A stretch of DNA of 59,214 nt, taken from Chiloscyllium plagiosum (lineage: Eukaryota). The notes beneath the pieces are model-generated. The model saw nothing but the letters and a program-made list of their open reading frames with translations. It was not told the DNA's origin and ran no database searches. The translations under genes and the position numbers were made by a program. The DNA is taken from contig NC_057758.1 of the NCBI RefSeq assembly GCF_004010195.1, positions 5,968,150-6,027,363 on the forward strand. The letters run 5' to 3'. Each line of letters starts with the position of its first letter. Positions within the stretch are counted from its first letter, which is position 1. Shown piece by piece: positions 1 to 10,392 of this stretch.

Positions 1-119
1 AAACAAGCATTAATTCATTCATTCTAAACGTGCTCCACTTCTATCTCTCCCACTTGCGTGCACCTATACACACACACACAGAAGGAGAGTCACAGCTAAA
101 GTGGGTTGAATCAATTCAT

Positions 120-500
120 CTGTAAGGGAGATAGACTAAGCTCAGATTGGTTTCTTTGGAGCAGCGACGTTCCGAGGAGTCCTGTTGGAGCTATTAATTA
201 TTATGAGGGTCACGGTCAGAGTGGGTACGATGCAACTGCTCCACTTCATTGAATTGGCCAGACCAAAGCGGAGAACATTTTAATGGAATGGCAGGTTTGC
301 AGACAGGAATGGAGGGAATAATTCGTCATTCATAGAGGGGTGGTAGTCTGAAATGCTCTGCCTGGCAGGGTAGCTGAGGTGGGAACACTGCACCCTTTAG
401 TAAGCACTGACGTTGATGGATGTGTGGGAATGTGGCCTCATGCAGGTTTTGGATGTCTTTGTTGGCAGCAGATACTTGATGGGCTGAAGCATCTCAAAGG
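120..500 (+). mobile_element. Degraded CR1/HER1-like LINE 3' fragment
   Basis: Resembles the LINE 3' end seen intact at 9881-10392 (LGLFSLE.RRL motif region; cagagggg tggtagtctgaaatgctctgcc). Boundaries are approximate. Confidence 0.55.
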
Positions 501-1249
501 AATTCTGTGCTTCAATGTATCTGTGGGTCTCCCTGAGTTTTCATGAATCACATTGGACTCAGTCTCCATAAAATAATCAGAATTCTGGAACGTTTATAGT
601 AAGCAAGGAAGACATTGCAGCCATCGTGCATGTACTGACTCCTAAAAGGGAAACCCCGCTTGTCCTGTCCTCAAATCCTCTCTCTGCAGTCCTCTCTAAC
701 TTCCAAACATATATCTGCTCTGTTGTCTGAAATCTGCGATGGAATTCACCTCCACCATACACCCAGGCAATGCACTCCACTCCTGATAATTCTCTGAGTA
801 ATAACTCCCAGTGGGACAACATGAGGGGAGTAAAGGAGAACAGGGACCTGGAGAGTGCTTTTCAATATGATCAGCAGTTGTCCCTGCAGAATGAAACAAT
901 CTTTAAGAAACATTTTGCAAATACTAACAAATTTAAGTCTGAAGACCTTTCTCCTCATCACATTCCCAGTTCTCTTGCTGAAATTCTTGAAATTAAAATC
1001 CCACTTACTGACCTACCAACAAGTAGAAAAAAAAAAATCCTTCATTACCCTTTCAAAATTGTCCACAATTTTTAGCATCTGAATTAAGTTACCTCTTCTC
1101 GGCGCCGAGGAGAACAAGCTCAGTTTCTCTATTCTTTCTTTCTCTTTAAAATCCTGCAATCATGGTTGACGATTCACACTGTTGGTAGTGCGCATCGGCA
1201 GTAGAGGGGCGGCTCGAGATATGTTGCGCACTAAGTGGCTGCTTTTCGT

Positions 1250-1440
1250 GGAATTGTGTCGAGTTTCTTGGGCATTGTCGGAGTTGCACCCGCTCAAGCA
1301 AGTCAGATGATTTCCATTGCAATCCTTACTTTCACCTTATAGATGGTGAACAGACTTCAGGGAGTTAGGAGATGAGTTACTCTCCCAGATCTCCCAAGAC
1401 TCGGAACTGTTTTTGTAAACTTCATATTTAAATGGCCGTA
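1250..1440 (-). mobile_element. LINE (CR1/L2 group) RT C-terminal fragment
   Basis: Reverse complement resembles the 13470-13620 segment (RVTHLLTP.SL.TIYK.VR..ME-like). Confidence 0.5.
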
Positions 1441-2228
1441 ATTTATATTCTGTTCAGTGTCAGATCAACAGTAACCCTCTGAACAGTAATAGCTTGTATT
1501 TAAAGGCAGAGAGAAGCTCCTTGTCTTCAAAAGGGTAGAATTGAAATTTCTTGATGACAACTCCATATTTGTGGCGGAACAACCCTGTCAGTAGTCGTGT
1601 TCCAGGAGATGTGTTCAGTGATCATAACAGTGTGGTGATAATCTCTAAGTCGTAAAAGTGCATTGTCTAAAGGGACATTGCCATCTTTAAAGATCACTGA
1701 TAAATTTCTCCTTGCTAGTTAAGTGGTTTACAAAGGTTGCTTCTCAAGAAATATTAGTTCCCTTCTGCCAGGATATTCTGCACACTCGACAGGTAATTAT
1801 GCAATGGTTTCGTGAATGGGGTACTTTTGTGACAACTCAAATCTGAAGTTAAACTGAACAAGCAAATCTACTACGTAAATCAGCTAACTCAAGACGGTCG
1901 CACCTAAAACTGTAGTATCCATAGAGATAAACTGGACAAGATGAGATTCTCCACAGGAGGAAACATTGAGGAAGTTATCAGCTCTCTGTAAACTGGAAGT
2001 TCTCAGTGTGTAAGCATTCTATAAAGGGGCATTTTTGTAACGCATAGTTTGATCACAGTTACAATTTTGTTACTTAGTGGAAGTTTGAAGAACAATTCTG
2101 ATAGTACAATGTTCTGAACTACATATGCAATCGAAGAATTAGAAAGAGAAACAACAAATTAGCGTGAAAAGGTTAGCTGCATTTTCGAAGGAAATGTCCA
2201 CCGGCACTGAAGAGCCCCAATATGTTGT

Positions 2229-2545
2229 GGACGGCACGGTGGCAAAGTGGTTAGCACTGCTACCTCATAGTGCCAGAGACCCGGGTTCAATTCCCGCCTC
2301 AGGTGACTGCCTGTGTGGAGTTTGTTCGTTCTCCCCGTGTCTGCATGGGTTTCCTCTGGGTGCTCCGGTTTCCTCCCACAGTCCAAAGATGTGCAGGTCA
2401 GGTGAATTAGCCATGCTAAATTGCCCGTAGTGTTAGGTAAGGGGTACATGTAGGGGTATGGGGGGTTGCGCTTCGGCGGGTCGGTGTGGACTTGTTGGGC
2501 CGAAGGGCCTGTTTCCACGCTGTAAGTAATCTAATCTAATTTAAT
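2229..2545 (+). mobile_element. HE1-type tRNA-derived SINE, near full length
   Basis: Pol III A box TGGCAAAGTGG and B box GGTTCAATTCC, a central conserved body (gtgtggagtttg..ttctccccgtgtctgc..gggtttcc), and a (taatc)n tail. Several related copies occur in the window. Confidence 0.9.
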
Positions 2546-3241
2546 CAAAAGTGATGAGCTGGAGAAGTGTGACGTCCATAAAGATAAAGGGCACTCGAGA
2601 GGGGAGAAGACATTACGACGAGGGAAAAATTGACAATTGAAACCTAAGTGCAATCGTTCCCTAATGGATTGTGGAATCTAGGCAAGTTTCATTTGATTGC
2701 TTCGTAAAGTTCTTTCGTGGTTGAATTTCAATCTTGTCTGTTGACTTTGAATGGATGTTTTTGCCAAGGAAAGGCAATTCGTTTTTCAAAGTTTACAGCA
2801 CAGGAAAAGACTCTTCAGCCTTCCAAGTCCGCTCTAATCCAGATATTCTGTCTCAACTTGTGAGCCGCTGGTTTGAACTCAGCCGGAGGTTTGTTGTGGA
2901 AAACTGGTTCGCACATTACAGGGAGAGCATCAGTGCTCTAGAGAATGTCCAGAAGAGATGCATACGAATTGAACTTGAATCTGTACGGGTAACTCTGGAA
3001 ACTGTAACAATACACATCAGGTCCTGTCATGTTGAGCCAGAATAGGCGACTTTATCTTTCGACCAGCACAGAGCTTTTGAGCTGAAAGTTCTCTCTGCTT
3101 GTGCCGTTACTTTACTGTGGTCCAATAGTTCTCTTCTCCTTGTCACTCGGTTAAATGGCAATGGGAATATTGTACAGCGTTCTGAGGTCCATGTATATCA
3201 GTGATAGCAGGCATCAGGGTTGGTCTGTCTCGACCGTTGCT

Positions 3242-4172
3242 TCAATAATGTCTCCCTTTCTGTTGGCAAGGTGGATTCTCCTCTTGTGCATTTGTCGGAG
3301 GAGTGTGCAGAGCGAATTGCTGCGATCCAGGAGAAGTATACATCGTTGTGTATTGCCCTGAAGGGTTACGCTGCTGTAAGAAGAAATAATTGAGACATTG
3401 GGAATGGTCCCATGTTTGCGACTCTTCTGAGCCTCCAACTGATACTTACTGTATTCCTGTTGCTCAGGCTCAGCTCCACTGAGTTAATTTCATCACCCCT
3501 GAAACATTACCTTCTGACTCGTGGCAATAAAACTTATAGCATTGATTGCAACCCCTTGTTCGTTACTCATTTTTCATTGTGATTTGTGTGTTTGCTCATA
3601 TTGACAGAAAGAGAGGGGGAGTTAAGAAAAGGCAAGAGAATACTGACATCTTATAGCTCCAATACAGTCAGCATTAGAGAATCATTGCTTACCAACAAGT
3701 CCCAGCTTCGATCAGGAGCAGTGCACATTCTATCCTTGCCCCACTAGAAGGATACAAACTCCAGAGTTGGTGGTGCAGTCGTGTCCACGGTGCGAAGTGA
3801 ATGACCCTGGTGACCCTGGATGTACTCACTGTTGATTCCTAACACTACGATATCTCAATACGTACGTCCTGACCTGAAAATGGAGGACTGATGCTGATTT
3901 TCCACCGTGTACCCTCCCTCAGCCAAACAAGCCGACCTCCTGTGAATTGAACATCACACAGAGGATGCTCTGACGGGAGGGTACGGCACAGGTCGGAATC
4001 TGATTTGCTCAAACGTAAATGGCGAACCACATCTAACAGTGGGATTCAGATTAAAAAAAAAACTGATCAGAGAAAGGTTCCACCAATACCCGACCCTGAA
4101 AGTTGTGGGAGTCCATCTGTCATTTTGAGTAACAACACTGAAGAGACTTTCAATTACCCCTCGTGCGTACAT
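3242..4172 (-). CDS. Candidate 4-exon small gene of unknown function (~100 aa); exons 4172-4095, 3873-3830, 3498-3450, 3373-3242
   Basis: All introns are GT-AG (donors GTCGGG, GTGAGT, GTAAGT; acceptors cattttcag, tgtttcag, ttcttcttacag). Phases 0/2/0 give one open frame: MYARGVIESLFSVVTQNDRWTPTTFRVRTYVLRYRSVRNQQGDEINSVELSLSNRNTQRNPSGQYTTMYTSPGSQQFALHTPPTNAQEENPPCQQKGRHY*. The first exon is the least certain. No family recognised. Confidence 0.45.
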
Positions 4173-4589
4173 GTTCAGAGGGTGATTGCTTTATCCTTTT
4201 TTTAAAAAGACTGATCCATCACTGTGATGGACAAATATCTTTTCATGATTCCTCTATTAGAGTTGTAAATACAAGTCATTATGTGCACAGCACTCTGAAA
4301 GATTTTGGAGCTCCAAAAGATACTGGTGAAGCGTCTACAGATCATTCATTTCTGCTGTCATCACTTCCTCTGAATCGTTCGTGAGCTCTCCTCTCTCTGT
4401 CTGTCTATCTTTGTTCATGTTTACACTTCCCTCTTCTTCCTCTCCCTCTCTATCTCACACTCTAATTGGAAACTTAAATTCTCGCACTCCCACTCTTATC
4501 CACATATTCTACCATTATGATTTTAAACATAGAGCAATACAGCAACCGTGTCTGTTCAGACATATGCTGCGTTTCTAAACTGATCCAAT

Positions 4590-5525
4590 TCGTCTGAACA
4601 TGTGCAGAACACCTCTATTTCCTGCGTACTCATGTTTCTGCCCAAATCACTCTGCATATCCACACCAGCTGGTCGCTTGCTACAGGCACTTGTCATCCTT
4701 TTGCATGAAGAAAATATCTTACCTCAGATAACTCCGTTAATGATTCCCCTTCTCATCTTAATCCTTACATCTGCTATTTCTACCCCGTGAAAAAGACCGT
4801 GCAATTCAGGCTGCTCATGCCACTCGAAATTTTATCGACCTCTATCAAGTCACAACTTTCCCTCTAAAACTCTCATAAAAACGTTCTAAGTTTATTTAAC
4901 TTCGACTCATGGCAAATTCACTCTAATCCAGGCAGCATCCTTGAAACCCATTTTGCACCCAGGCCGATGCCTCCATATGTTTCTTGTGCTGCGGTAAAAA
5001 CAAATGTACACAACGTTACAACTGTGACCAAACATTTTGTTTTTTTACAGCTGCCGCATAATTTGCCAGCTTTTACACTCAACGTCCTGACTGATGAAGG
5101 CTACCAATTCACATGTCTTCTTTGCCACTTTATCTGTTTTGTTGTCACTTTCAGGCAGCAATGAATTTGCATCATAAGAATCATTTGCGCATCAATGCTC
5201 CTCAGGGTTCTGCCAGTTACTGCATTAACTCCTCTTGCATTAACTTCCCAAAATCACTGACTTCACACTTACTGTAAGAGTCAGAAAGATGTATAGCAAA
5301 GAAAATGTCCCTTGGTTCCAACTCGTCCATGACAACCAGAAGTTAATCTAGTCCTATTTATCAGCACTTGGCCTATATGCCTCTAAACCCCTCCTATTTA
5401 CGTACCCATCAAATACCTTTAAAATATTATAATTGCACCAGCCTCCACCACTTGCTCGAGCAGCATATTCCATACACGCATGGCAGCCTGTGTGAAACTG
5501 CTGTATTTTAGGTCCATTTTAAATC
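4590..5525 (-). mobile_element. Degraded CR1-like LINE 3' fragments
   Basis: Reverse-complement similarity to the LINE 3' ends elsewhere in the window (acctctatcaagtca; caggcagcatcc; accagcctccaccactt). Boundaries are approximate. Confidence 0.6.
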
Positions 5526-5529
5526 TCTG

Positions 5530-6200
5530 CCACCTGTAATCGCACCTCACCGCCAAAGGTATATTTCTCTACCCATCCCTATCTGAGTTTCAGAGAGACC
5601 ATTTCCTCGGCGACTCACATGTTAGGTCCACGCCCTCCATCAACCCACCCTCCACAACAGAAACGTTCATTTTGCTGCCATAAGAGGTGTTTTGCCATCC
5701 ACATCAACTCCGTTCACGGACCCAAATGATCTTTCCACATCCATTCATCTCATATACTGTGTCCGTTGCAATTGATGTGCTCTCCTCTACATTGTAACAG
5801 GATGCCAACTCCCGGAGCTTTTCAGGGAACATCTCAGGAAGACATGCACCAAACAAACCTACCAAACAATGGCCGACCACGTCAACTGCCCCTCACATTC
5901 CTCCAAGGTCAAGCAAGTCCAGGGACTCCCTGACCACGAAATACAAACGACCCAACAACTGCAAGAACAACGCATGGTCTTCCAACTTGGCACCATTCAA
6001 CCACACAAAATCAACAACAATTTCACTAGTTTTCAAAGCTGCCAGCCTTCCACCTTATCCCAGGCCCAATGCTCCAACTCGACACTGCCATTTTGATTTA
6101 TTATACCAGTTCATCTTCCTTACCAGTTATCCATTAAACCCTCTCCCACGACCTTTCACAATATGCTGCCCCGTGCATCCACCTGTTGTCTTCCAAATTA
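5530..6200 (+). mobile_element. Penelope-like element, GIY-YIG endonuclease end (degenerate)
   Basis: Frameshifted translation resembles 'LLYI..TG.QL.E.FREHL...MADHVNCPSHS...EQRMVFQLGTIQPH.IN', typical of the PLE GIY-YIG C-terminus. Confidence 0.75.
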
Positions 6201-6669
6201 GCGAAGCCAGTGCCAACCCCACACATATATTTAACTTTCAGTGCTCTTTCAACCCTGACCCAGTTTATACGCTTGCTACAAAATGCAAATGGTGTTGATT
6301 GAACTGTGAATCTTCTCCGTAAAATATATAAGATCTGAAATCTTGTCATGGTCTCTTGCTTCAGAAGCAAACTAAAGGTATATTTTCTCTCTCAAGAAGT
6401 ATCGCTTCTAAGGCAAGTGTTTGTTGTCAATTCAGAATTATTCGCCTTGGTTACAACCTTAAATTCATGACAGCTTCAGTCCAAATTTCGACATAATAAG
6501 GGGAAGCACAAGAGATAAGGTGAAAGTGACTGCCCTTCAAAGTCAGTCGTCATTTGACTGAGTTTTGGATTTGAGAATCTTTCGGCATCCGAGGGTCAAT
6601 GAAACTCCAATGCATTAGAAAACTCTGTTCTTAAGAAACTGATTCGTTTCTGACTTTTTTTAAAGAAAT

Positions 6670-6970
6670 GGAATCCCTACAGTGTGAAAACAGGCCCTTC
6701 AGCCCAGCAAGTCCACTCCCACCCTCTGAAGAAGTACCCACCCACCCAGTCCCATTATTGTGCAATTATCCCTGAACACTATGGGCAATTTAACACGGCC
6801 AATTCAACTAACTCGCACATATTTGAATTGTGGGAAGCAGCCAGAGGAAACTCACGGTGACCCGGAAAGAATGTGGAAAGTCCACATAGACATTCGCCCA
6901 ATTCTAAAACTGAACTCAGGTCCTTGGCGCTGTGAGGCAGCAGTGCTGGAAACTTAGCCACTGTGCTGCC
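6670..6970 (-). mobile_element. HE1-type SINE (diverged)
   Basis: Reverse-complement match to 2229-2545 (ggcgctgtgaggcagcagtgct; gggcaatttaacacggccaattca). Confidence 0.8.
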
Positions 6971-7299
6971 TCAATGAAGAGTGTCGCTGTTCATTGTATT
7001 TTCTATTCACTTTTAATGAGTGTCTGGCCGGACATCCTCTGGTTCACTGATCATTTACGAGTAGGAAATAGTTTATCCTGGTCTTTTCTCTTTAGCTGCC
7101 TCGTCAAATTGTGATTACTTTAACCACTAGAAAATCCTTCCACACCCTTCCCACGCTCAAACCATCGCACATCTATGGAGAAACGTCCATAGTACTCCAA
7201 TCTTCACAACTGACGTTTATAACCAAGAATCTATGCAAGCAAAGGCCCCTACTCTTGCAGTCTCCAAAATATTCATACCTAGCTCACCTGAAGGAGGTA

Positions 7300-7530
7300 T
7301 GCACTCTCAGATCAGTGCTGTCAGAGCTCTGTAATGTCAGAGTGTCAGTTGAGAGGGATTACCAGGCTGATGAACAGTAACTGCTGCGGTAACTACACAC
7401 AATTGGAGGGTTAGCGCTGATGGGTTCCTGCAGTACTGGAGGGTCTGTGCTCAGGAAGCTTCGCACAATCAGGGAATCAGTGCTGAGGGAGTGGGGTGTG
7501 CCGGATTGCGAGCTCAGAGACGGCTGTCCA
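7300..7530. repeat. Degenerate ~33-bp tandem repeat (approximately gcactgtcggagggtcagtgctgagggag)
   Basis: Recurring variants: tcagatcagtgctg, tcagagtgtcagttgagaggg, ggagggttagcgctgatggg, ggagggtctgtgctcagg, gggaatcagtgctgagggag. Confidence 0.55.
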
Positions 7531-7580
7531 CTATTGAAACGTCAGAATAAAACGTTGAGACCAGTTAGAAATTAAGTGAT

Positions 7581-7586
7581 TTTAAT
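7581..7586 (-). terminator. Putative polyadenylation signal (ATTAAA) of the beta-defensin gene
   Basis: tttaat on the + strand, about 115 nt downstream of the defensin stop codon. Confidence 0.4.
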
Positions 7587-7701
7587 TAACACAATTCGCA
7601 ATGAATGTCATGTTATGAAGACTGACACTATCTGTCAATAGTTGGAGCTGTTGTGGGAGTGGTGACGTCGCAGTCGACAGTGACAACTCCCCAGTCTTTC
7701 A

Positions 7702-7820
7702 TCATCTGACCACGCAACATTTATAAAACCAGAAACATTTATTAGGGACGATGTACTCATTTCCCCGACAAGGCCCCTGTCTACAGCTCCCAGGAATTCT
7801 GTCGCATCCAAAGATCGCCC
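7702..7820 (-). CDS. defb: Beta-defensin-like gene, coding exon 2 (mature six-cysteine domain)
   Basis: Acceptor ttgctttcctttcag|GG. Encodes (G)AIFGCDRIPGSCRQGPCRGNEYIVPNKCFWFYKCCVVR*, with C-X6-C-X4-C-X10-C-X5-CC spacing, GxC before Cys2 and a Glu after Cys3, matching the beta-defensin signature. Confidence 0.9.
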
Positions 7821-7864
7821 CTGAAAGGAAAGCAATTTCAGAGTATAAGTAGACAGACATTATG

Positions 7865-8130
7865 CACGGTGCTTCAAGTGTGTTCGGGAAAAGGGAAGTA
7901 TGACAGGAAGTGTGCACTGTTCTCCCAGTGTGGTCTGAGCAGGGGAGATAGAGATCGGGCCTGTACGCTATACTCCCAACGTGATCTGATAGGGAAGGTC
8001 GAGTCATGGTATGTACACTGTACTTCACTGTGGTCTATTATCGACAACGCAGTCAGGGAATGTACACTGGCATTCTTCTGTAATCGGAACAGGAGAGGTG
8101 GAGCCAGGGACTGAGCTCTGTGCTCTGCTT
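7865..8130 (-). repeat. ~50-bp degenerate minisatellite within the defensin intron
   Basis: tgtgcactg, tgtacgcta, tgtacactg, tgtacactg and tgagctctg fall at about 7911, 7962, 8012, 8061 and 8112 (period ~50). Confidence 0.65.
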
Positions 8131-8343
8131 TTGGCATAACCAATGAACAACAAAAACTTAGGTGTACGTAGAAAGTTGAAGATAAAGGAAAATCATTCCT
8201 CGGTAACTGAAACCAATGTACAAAAGTGAGAATTCTTTTTTAGTAAATTTAGTAGCAACCTTAAACTGAGAGTCTTCGTTAAGGGTCAAACCTCTTTGAG
8301 AACTACGTTAAGTAAGTCGATTCAAACTGGGGGACATCTTTGT

Positions 8344-8590
8344 GGGCGGCACGATTGGCAAAGTGCCAGAGACCTGGGTTCAATTCCAGCCTCCGGCGAC
8401 TGACTGTGTGGAGATTGCACATTCTCCCCGTGACTGCGTGGGAGTTTCCTCCGACAGTCCAAAAATGTGCAGGTTAGATGAATAGGCCATGCTAAATTTG
8501 CCCGTAGTGTTAGGTCAAGGGATAAATGTAGGGGGAATGGGTCTGGATGGGTGGCGCTTCGGCGGGTCGAAGCCTGTAAGTAATCTAATC
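8344..8590 (+). mobile_element. HE1-type SINE with internal deletions, within the defensin intron
   Basis: gggcggcacga...gagacctgggttcaattcc...gtaagtaatctaatc, matching 2229-2545. Confidence 0.85.
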
Positions 8591-8680
8591 TCTGATTCAC
8601 CTGAATGACGTTTCAGGTCCGTCAATTCATCCCGTCTGTCGGAGTGGCTCGTCAGATTGGAGACGGAAAAGCTCACTTAC

Positions 8681-8774
8681 CCCCATAGAGAAAGCGTCCT
8701 CTTAATCCACATGCAGACTCGATGGGATGTTCCAGCACCAGAAACACAAGCAACAAGAGCCGTGCTCTCCACAT
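8681..8774 (-). CDS. defb: Beta-defensin-like gene, coding exon 1 (signal peptide and N-terminus)
   Basis: ATG at 8774. Encodes MWRARLLLLVFLVLEHPIESACGLRGRFLYG plus one G, then a consensus donor G|GTAAGT. The 94-nt length gives phase 1, which joins in frame to 7820-7702. Confidence 0.85.
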
Positions 8775-8821
8775 CTTCAGCTGATCCCCTTGGAGGGATA
8801 CTGAGATGGTCAGAGTTTCCA

Positions 8822-8827
8822 TTTATA
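8822..8827 (-). promoter_or_regulatory. TATA box of the beta-defensin gene
   Basis: TATAAA on the minus strand (cttataaatgg), about 48 nt upstream of the ATG. Confidence 0.7.
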
Positions 8828-8884
8828 AGAACACGCAGTACCTCCAGTTAATGAATACACGTGCTTGGCAATACTGTATCAAGC

Positions 8885-9100
8885 AGAAAGTTAGGACTGC
8901 AGATGCTGGAGATCAGAGACGAAGACTGTGGTTCTCGAAAAGAACAGCCATTCAAGCAGCATCTGAGGAGCAGGAAAGTCGCTATTTCGGGCTTATGGCA
9001 TTCATCAGGAATTCCTGCTGTCGGGCTAATGCCCAAAACGTCGCACTTACTTTTCCTCGGATGCGGCCTGACCCACTTACCTTTCCAGCCCTGCACTTTT
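8885..9100. mobile_element. Penelope-associated terminal repeat, two inverted halves centred on caggaattcctg
   Basis: gaaagttaggactgcagatgctggagatcagag...gcagcatctgaggagcagg, then the mirrored half. Degenerate hammerhead boxes on both strands. Confidence 0.65.
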
Positions 9101-9649
9101 CGATGAAATATTGCATCCACCCCAGCATGCTGGTGAGTTTCAGAACAAATTTGTTTTCAGAAAAAAAAACTCCTCAAAAAGACTTTACATGCTGCGTGAG
9201 TTTTATTATTTTAATGTCCGTCTGAAGTTGCTTAGAATCGTCGCAATTCACTATTGACCCTAATTAATGTCATTTCTAAATTGAGGGATTTTACTCTCAT
9301 TCACTATCTCTCAATGATTCTCTAAGTAATTAAAAAACAATAAGGATTCAGAAAGTTATGTGTGGAACCGCCACTTCAGACTGTCTCCGATCTGTGGATC
9401 GACTACCTCCCATACAGTCTGTTTTCAATCTTTTAGCGATTTTTAATCCATGTTGCCAAAGATCAATCAATCCCGAATATTTGATATTTGATAAGCAATA
9501 TGTCATGTGGCAGAGTAACAAATACTTTCTGAAACTCCAAGAAACAACATTCACAGTACTCCCTCATGTTCTGACTATGAGACATCATTTTCCTGTTTTC
9601 CTTATAGTGTGTATTTTCACGAATTTCATACTTTGGCTCCCATCACTCT

Positions 9650-9880
9650 TCTTTCCTGATGAAGGGCCTTTGCCCGAAACGTCGATTTTGCTGCTCGTCG
9701 GATGCTGCCTGAATTGCTGTGCTCTTCCAGCACCACTGATCCAGAATTCCCATTATTGATATCAAGCGAACAGGTCTGCAATTTGCAAGTTTAGGAGAAA
9801 GTGAAGACTGCAAATCGTCGAGAGTCGAGTCGAGAGTGTGGTGCTGGAATAGCACAGCAGCTCAGGCATAATCCAAGGAG
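9650..9880. mobile_element. Penelope-associated terminal repeat fragments
   Basis: Same repeat family as 8885-9100 and 12655-12780 (ggatgctgcctga..tgctgtgc..ttccagcaccac; gaaagtgaagactgca). Confidence 0.65.
9654..9687 (+). ncRNA. Minimal type I hammerhead ribozyme core (Penelope type)
   Basis: CUGAUGA (9656-9662), stem II GGGC-cuuu-GCCC, GAAAC, then a GUC cleavage triplet (9681-9683). Stem I is only about 2 bp in this copy. Confidence 0.65.
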
Positions 9881-10392
9881 CTGTGTGTGCAGTTTTGGTC
9901 GCCATGCTATAGGAAGGATGTGGAGGCACTGGAACGGGTGCAGAGGAGGTTTACCAGGATGTTGCCTGGTATGGAAGGAAGATCGTATGAGGAACTACTG
10001 AGACACTTGGGGCTGTTTTCATGCGAGAAAAGAAGGTTTAGGGGTGACTTGATTGAGGTGTACAAGATGATTAGGGGGTTAGGTAGGGTTGACAGTGTGA
10101 ACCTTTTCCCGCGTATGGAGTCGGGTATTACAAGGGGGCATAGCTTTAAATTAAGGGGGGGTAGATATAGGACTGAAGTTAGGGGTAGGTTCTTCACTCA
10201 GCGAGTCGTAAGTTCATGGAATGCCCTGCCAGCAGCAGTGGTGGACTCTCCCTCTTTATGGGCATTTAAGCGGGCATTGGATAGGTTTTTGGAGGATAGT
10301 GGGTTAGTATAGGTTAGGTGGGCTTGGATCGGCGCAACATCGAGGGCCAAAGGGCCTGTACCGCGCTGTATTCTTCTATGTTCTATGTTCTA
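9881..10392 (+). mobile_element. Young 5'-truncated CR1/HER1-like LINE (ORF2 C-terminus, 3' UTR and (ttctatg)n tail)
   Basis: Uninterrupted ORF 9887-10312: QFWSPCYRKDVEALERVQRRFTRMLPG...LGLFS.EKRR.RGDLIEVYK...FFTQRVVSSWNALP, followed by the tail repeat. Confidence 0.95.

Noticed and set aside
2229..2300. tRNA-like A and B boxes
   Set aside because: These are the head of an HE1-type SINE, not a tRNA gene. The SINE body and tail follow directly.
7261..7302. 36-nt + strand exon-like segment (SPKYSYLAHLKE|GTATGC)
   Set aside because: Isolated, abuts the 33-bp repeat, and no compatible partner exons were found.
9358..9460. MCGTATSDC...PCC with C-X6-C and a terminal CC
   Set aside because: The Cys3 and Cys4 positions are Asp and Leu, and there is no good acceptor or GxC. 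Probably chance.
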